Part shown: positions 61,569 through 64,000 of the stretch, piece by piece
Position numbering within the stretch: the first letter of the stretch is position 1
Layout of the letters: the number at the start of each line of letters is the position of its first letter
NCBI GenBank assembly: GCA_045545475.1
Contig: JAZQAZ010000047.1
Location: 1-64,000, forward strand
DNA length: 64,000 bases
Direction of reading: 5' to 3'
DNA from: Clostridia bacterium
GTDB lineage: Bacteria > Bacillota > Clostridia > CAKSNL01 > HGM11501
Made by a program: the position numbers and the translations under genes
The notes under the pieces: generated by a model
What the model was told of the DNA's origin: nothing
The model's database searches: none
The model's input: only the letters and a program-made list of their open reading frames with translations

Positions 61569-64000
61569 ATGAAGCATTTTTGTCAGGCAAAGGAATCGGT
61601 TATGGAATTTTTCAAAACCGATGAAAAGACGGGACTGAGTGAAGAAAGAGCAGAAAAACTTAAGGAAGAGTATGGTCTCAACAAATTAAAGGAAAAGAAA
61701 AAGAAAACAACAATGGAGCGTTTTCTTGACCAGTTCAAGGATGCAATGATACTTATTTTGATTGCTGCCGCAATTGTTTCATTCGTTGTAATTTGTGTCG
61801 AAAAAAACTGGGGAGAGCTTTTCGAGCCGGCACTTATCGTATTGATTGTTATCTTAAATGCGGTTATGGGCGTGTACCAAGAGGGTAAGGCAGAAAAGGC
61901 ACTAGATGCACTTAAGAGTATGTCTGCACCCCACGCAAGAGTAATCCGTGGCGGCGAAGAAAAAATCATTGATGCAAAGGACCTTGTGCCCGGGGATATA
62001 ATCCGCCTTGAAGCGGGAGATTTTGTGCCTGCGGATGCAAGACTTCTTCACAGTGCAGGCTTAAAATCGGAAGAATCCGCTCTCACAGGAGAATCTGTTC
62101 CTTCGGAAAAGGATTATCTTGCAGAGGTTGGGGAAGATGCTCCCATTGGCGACAGATTAAATATGGTTTATTCCGGATGCAGCATTACTTACGGAACAGC
62201 GACTGCTGTTGTTACCGCAACTGGTATGGATACCGAAATGGGGATGATTGCAAATCTTCTTGATAACGAAGATGAGGGACAGACTCCGCTTCAGCAAAAA
62301 CTTGCCCAGCTCGGTAAATATCTTGGAATTATGGCACTTGCAGCTTGTGCAATCATATTTTTTGTGGGGCTTACAAACGGAATAGCAGTACTTGAAATCT
62401 TTATGACTGCGGTTTCTCTTGCTGTATCGGCAATTCCTGAGGGACTTCCTGCCATTGTTACCATTGTGCTTTCAATCGGAGTACAGCGTATGGTAAAGAA
62501 AAATGCTCTTATCCGTAAGCTTCCTGCGGTTGAAACATTGGGCGGAGCATCTGTTATATGTTCGGATAAAACTGGAACGCTTACACAAAACCGTATGACT
62601 CTTACAAAGGCATATGTGGACGGCTTTTCTGAGACGGAAGGCATAAGCACTAACAACACCGAAGCGGTAAGAAAGCTTCTTATGTTAGGGGCACTTTGCT
62701 GTGACGGATCGGTTGTATTTGATGGTGATGAAGAAAAGCATATCGGCGACCCTACAGAAACTGCCATCGTTCTTGCGGCACATAAAAACGGTATGCCGAA
62801 GGAAAAAATTAATGAAAAGTTTCCTCGTCTTGCTGAAATTCCCTTTGACTCCGACAGAAAACTTATGTCAACCGTAAATCTCATGGACGGCAGAAAGATA
62901 GTAATCGTAAAGGGTGCCTTTGATATGATGGCAGAAAGGTGCGTAAAGGGAAATCTCAAAGCGGCGAAAAACTTCACAGAAGCTATGAGCAAAGACGCTT
63001 TAAGAGTTTTGGCAATAGGATATAAGGAAATTGACGAAGTACCCGAAAATCCCACATCCGAAGCTCTTGAAAACGGACTTACATTTATGGGACTCGTAGG
63101 TATGATTGACCCACCGAGACCCGAAGCGAAGGATGCGGTGGCACTGTGTAGAAGAGCCGGAATCAAGCCGGTTATGATTACAGGAGACCACGTTGTTACT
63201 GCCTCCGCAATCGCAAAAGAGCTTGGAATTCTTTCGGAGGGCGACAAGGCGATTACAGGAAGCGAACTTGACGCAATGACCGACAGAGAGCTGGATGAGC
63301 AGGTTGAAAACATTTCGGTTTATGCAAGAGTATCTCCCGAAAATAAAATAAGAATAGTTAAGGCGTGGCAGAGAAAAGATAAGGTTGTATCAATGACAGG
63401 TGATGGAGTAAACGATGCTCCTGCCCTTAAAGCTGCCGACATCGGCTGTGCTATGGGTATTACAGGCACAGATGTTGCAAAGGGTGCATCGGATATGACT
63501 CTCACGGACGATAACTTTGCAACCATAGTTGATGCTGTGAGAGAGGGCAGAGGCATTTACGAAAACATCAAAAAGGTTGTCGGATTTTTACTTGGGACCA
63601 ATATCGGCGAGGTAATAACCGTGTTTATGGCAATGCTTTTGTGGCATAAAACACCCCTTCTTTCTATGCAGTTACTTTGGATAAACCTTGTTACAGACTC
63701 ACTTCCCGCTATTGCTCTCGGGATGGAGGCTGTTGAAAGCGACGTAATGGATAAAGCACCCAAGCCGAAAAACGAAGGTATCTTTGCTGGCGGTCTTGGC
63801 ATCCGTGTGATACTTCAAGGTATTATGTTTGCAGTTCTTACCCTTTTCGGATTTAAGATGGGAGAAAATGTGACAGGAACATTGGAAGGCGGCCAGACAA
63901 TGGCGTTTATGATACTTGCCCTTTCCCAGGTTGTTCAGAGCTTTAATATGAGGAGTGAACATTCTCTCTTTAATATCGGAATGTTTTCAAATAAAAAGTT
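61569..64000 (+). CDS. P-type (P2A) cation-transporting ATPase, YoaB-like; 3' end outside window
   Basis: read from ATG 61569: MKHFCQAKES..., ESALTGES, AIPEGL, ICSDKTGTLT, GDPTE, MITGD, MTGDGVNDAPAL; absent from ORF track because no stop codon is reached. Confidence 0.93.
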   Translation, partial: MKHFCQAKESVMEFFKTDEKTGLSEERAEKLKEEYGLNKLKEKKKKTTMERFLDQFKDAMILILIAAAIVSFVVICVEKNWGELFEPALIVLIVILNAVMGVYQEGKAEKALDALKSMSAPHARVIRGGEEKIIDAKDLVPGDIIRLEAGDFVPADARLLHSAGLKSEESALTGESVPSEKDYLAEVGEDAPIGDRLNMVYSGCSITYGTATAVVTATGMDTEMGMIANLLDNEDEGQTPLQQKLAQLGKYLGIMALAACAIIFFVGLTNGIAVLEIFMTAVSLAVSAIPEGLPAIVTIVLSIGVQRMVKKNALIRKLPAVETLGGASVICSDKTGTLTQNRMTLTKAYVDGFSETEGISTNNTEAVRKLLMLGALCCDGSVVFDGDEEKHIGDPTETAIVLAAHKNGMPKEKINEKFPRLAEIPFDSDRKLMSTVNLMDGRKIVIVKGAFDMMAERCVKGNLKAAKNFTEAMSKDALRVLAIGYKEIDEVPENPTSEALENGLTFMGLVGMIDPPRPEAKDAVALCRRAGIKPVMITGDHVVTASAIAKELGILSEGDKAITGSELDAMTDRELDEQVENISVYARVSPENKIRIVKAWQRKDKVVSMTGDGVNDAPALKAADIGCAMGITGTDVAKGASDMTLTDDNFATIVDAVREGRGIYENIKKVVGFLLGTNIGEVITVFMAMLLWHKTPLLSMQLLWINLVTDSLPAIALGMEAVESDVMDKAPKPKNEGIFAGGLGIRVILQGIMFAVLTLFGFKMGENVTGTLEGGQTMAFMILALSQVVQSFNMRSEHSLFNIGMFSNKK

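Noticed and set aside
61583-63962. Minus-strand ORFs including the 340-aa 62291..63313
   Set aside because: Antisense shadows of the plus-strand P-type ATPase.

Overview
A gene-dense 64 kb chromosomal segment from a low-GC, spore-forming Clostridia-like Firmicute (SASP, SleB-like, LysM-GH18 and YtxC-like genes). It carries housekeeping genes (lysS, pheST with a Phe T-box, glyQS, valS-folC, rlmB, murD, hslO, three M42 peptidases), several carbohydrate loci (GH78, GH36 under a LacI operator pair, GH2, aldolases), seven tRNAs, a yybP-ykoY riboswitch before a P-type ATPase cut by the window end, and a RAYT nuclease with REPs inside its own gene. No CRISPR array, prophage, integrase or rRNA was seen. 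The most unusual signals are non-coding and tRNA-linked. (1) Downstream of both tRNA-Gln and tRNA-Cys lies the same fold-back 'T-arm mirror' element: an inverted and a direct copy of the neighbouring tRNA's T-arm, broken at the same T-loop register, around a shared GAAGTCATAGG two-hairpin core. (2) A ~640 bp cassette at the tRNA-Cys 3' end holds a 179 bp symmetric 'feather' array of TGAAAT/ATTTCA-linked hairpins plus an Avd-like four-helix-bundle gene. Also notable are a tRNA-Leu with anticodon AAG, three small ORFs missed by the ORF track (YxxP RiPP-like peptide, 7-Cys peptide, 2-TM protein) and a REP-like insert inside the T-box. All family assignments come from motif recognition by eye; no database search was run.
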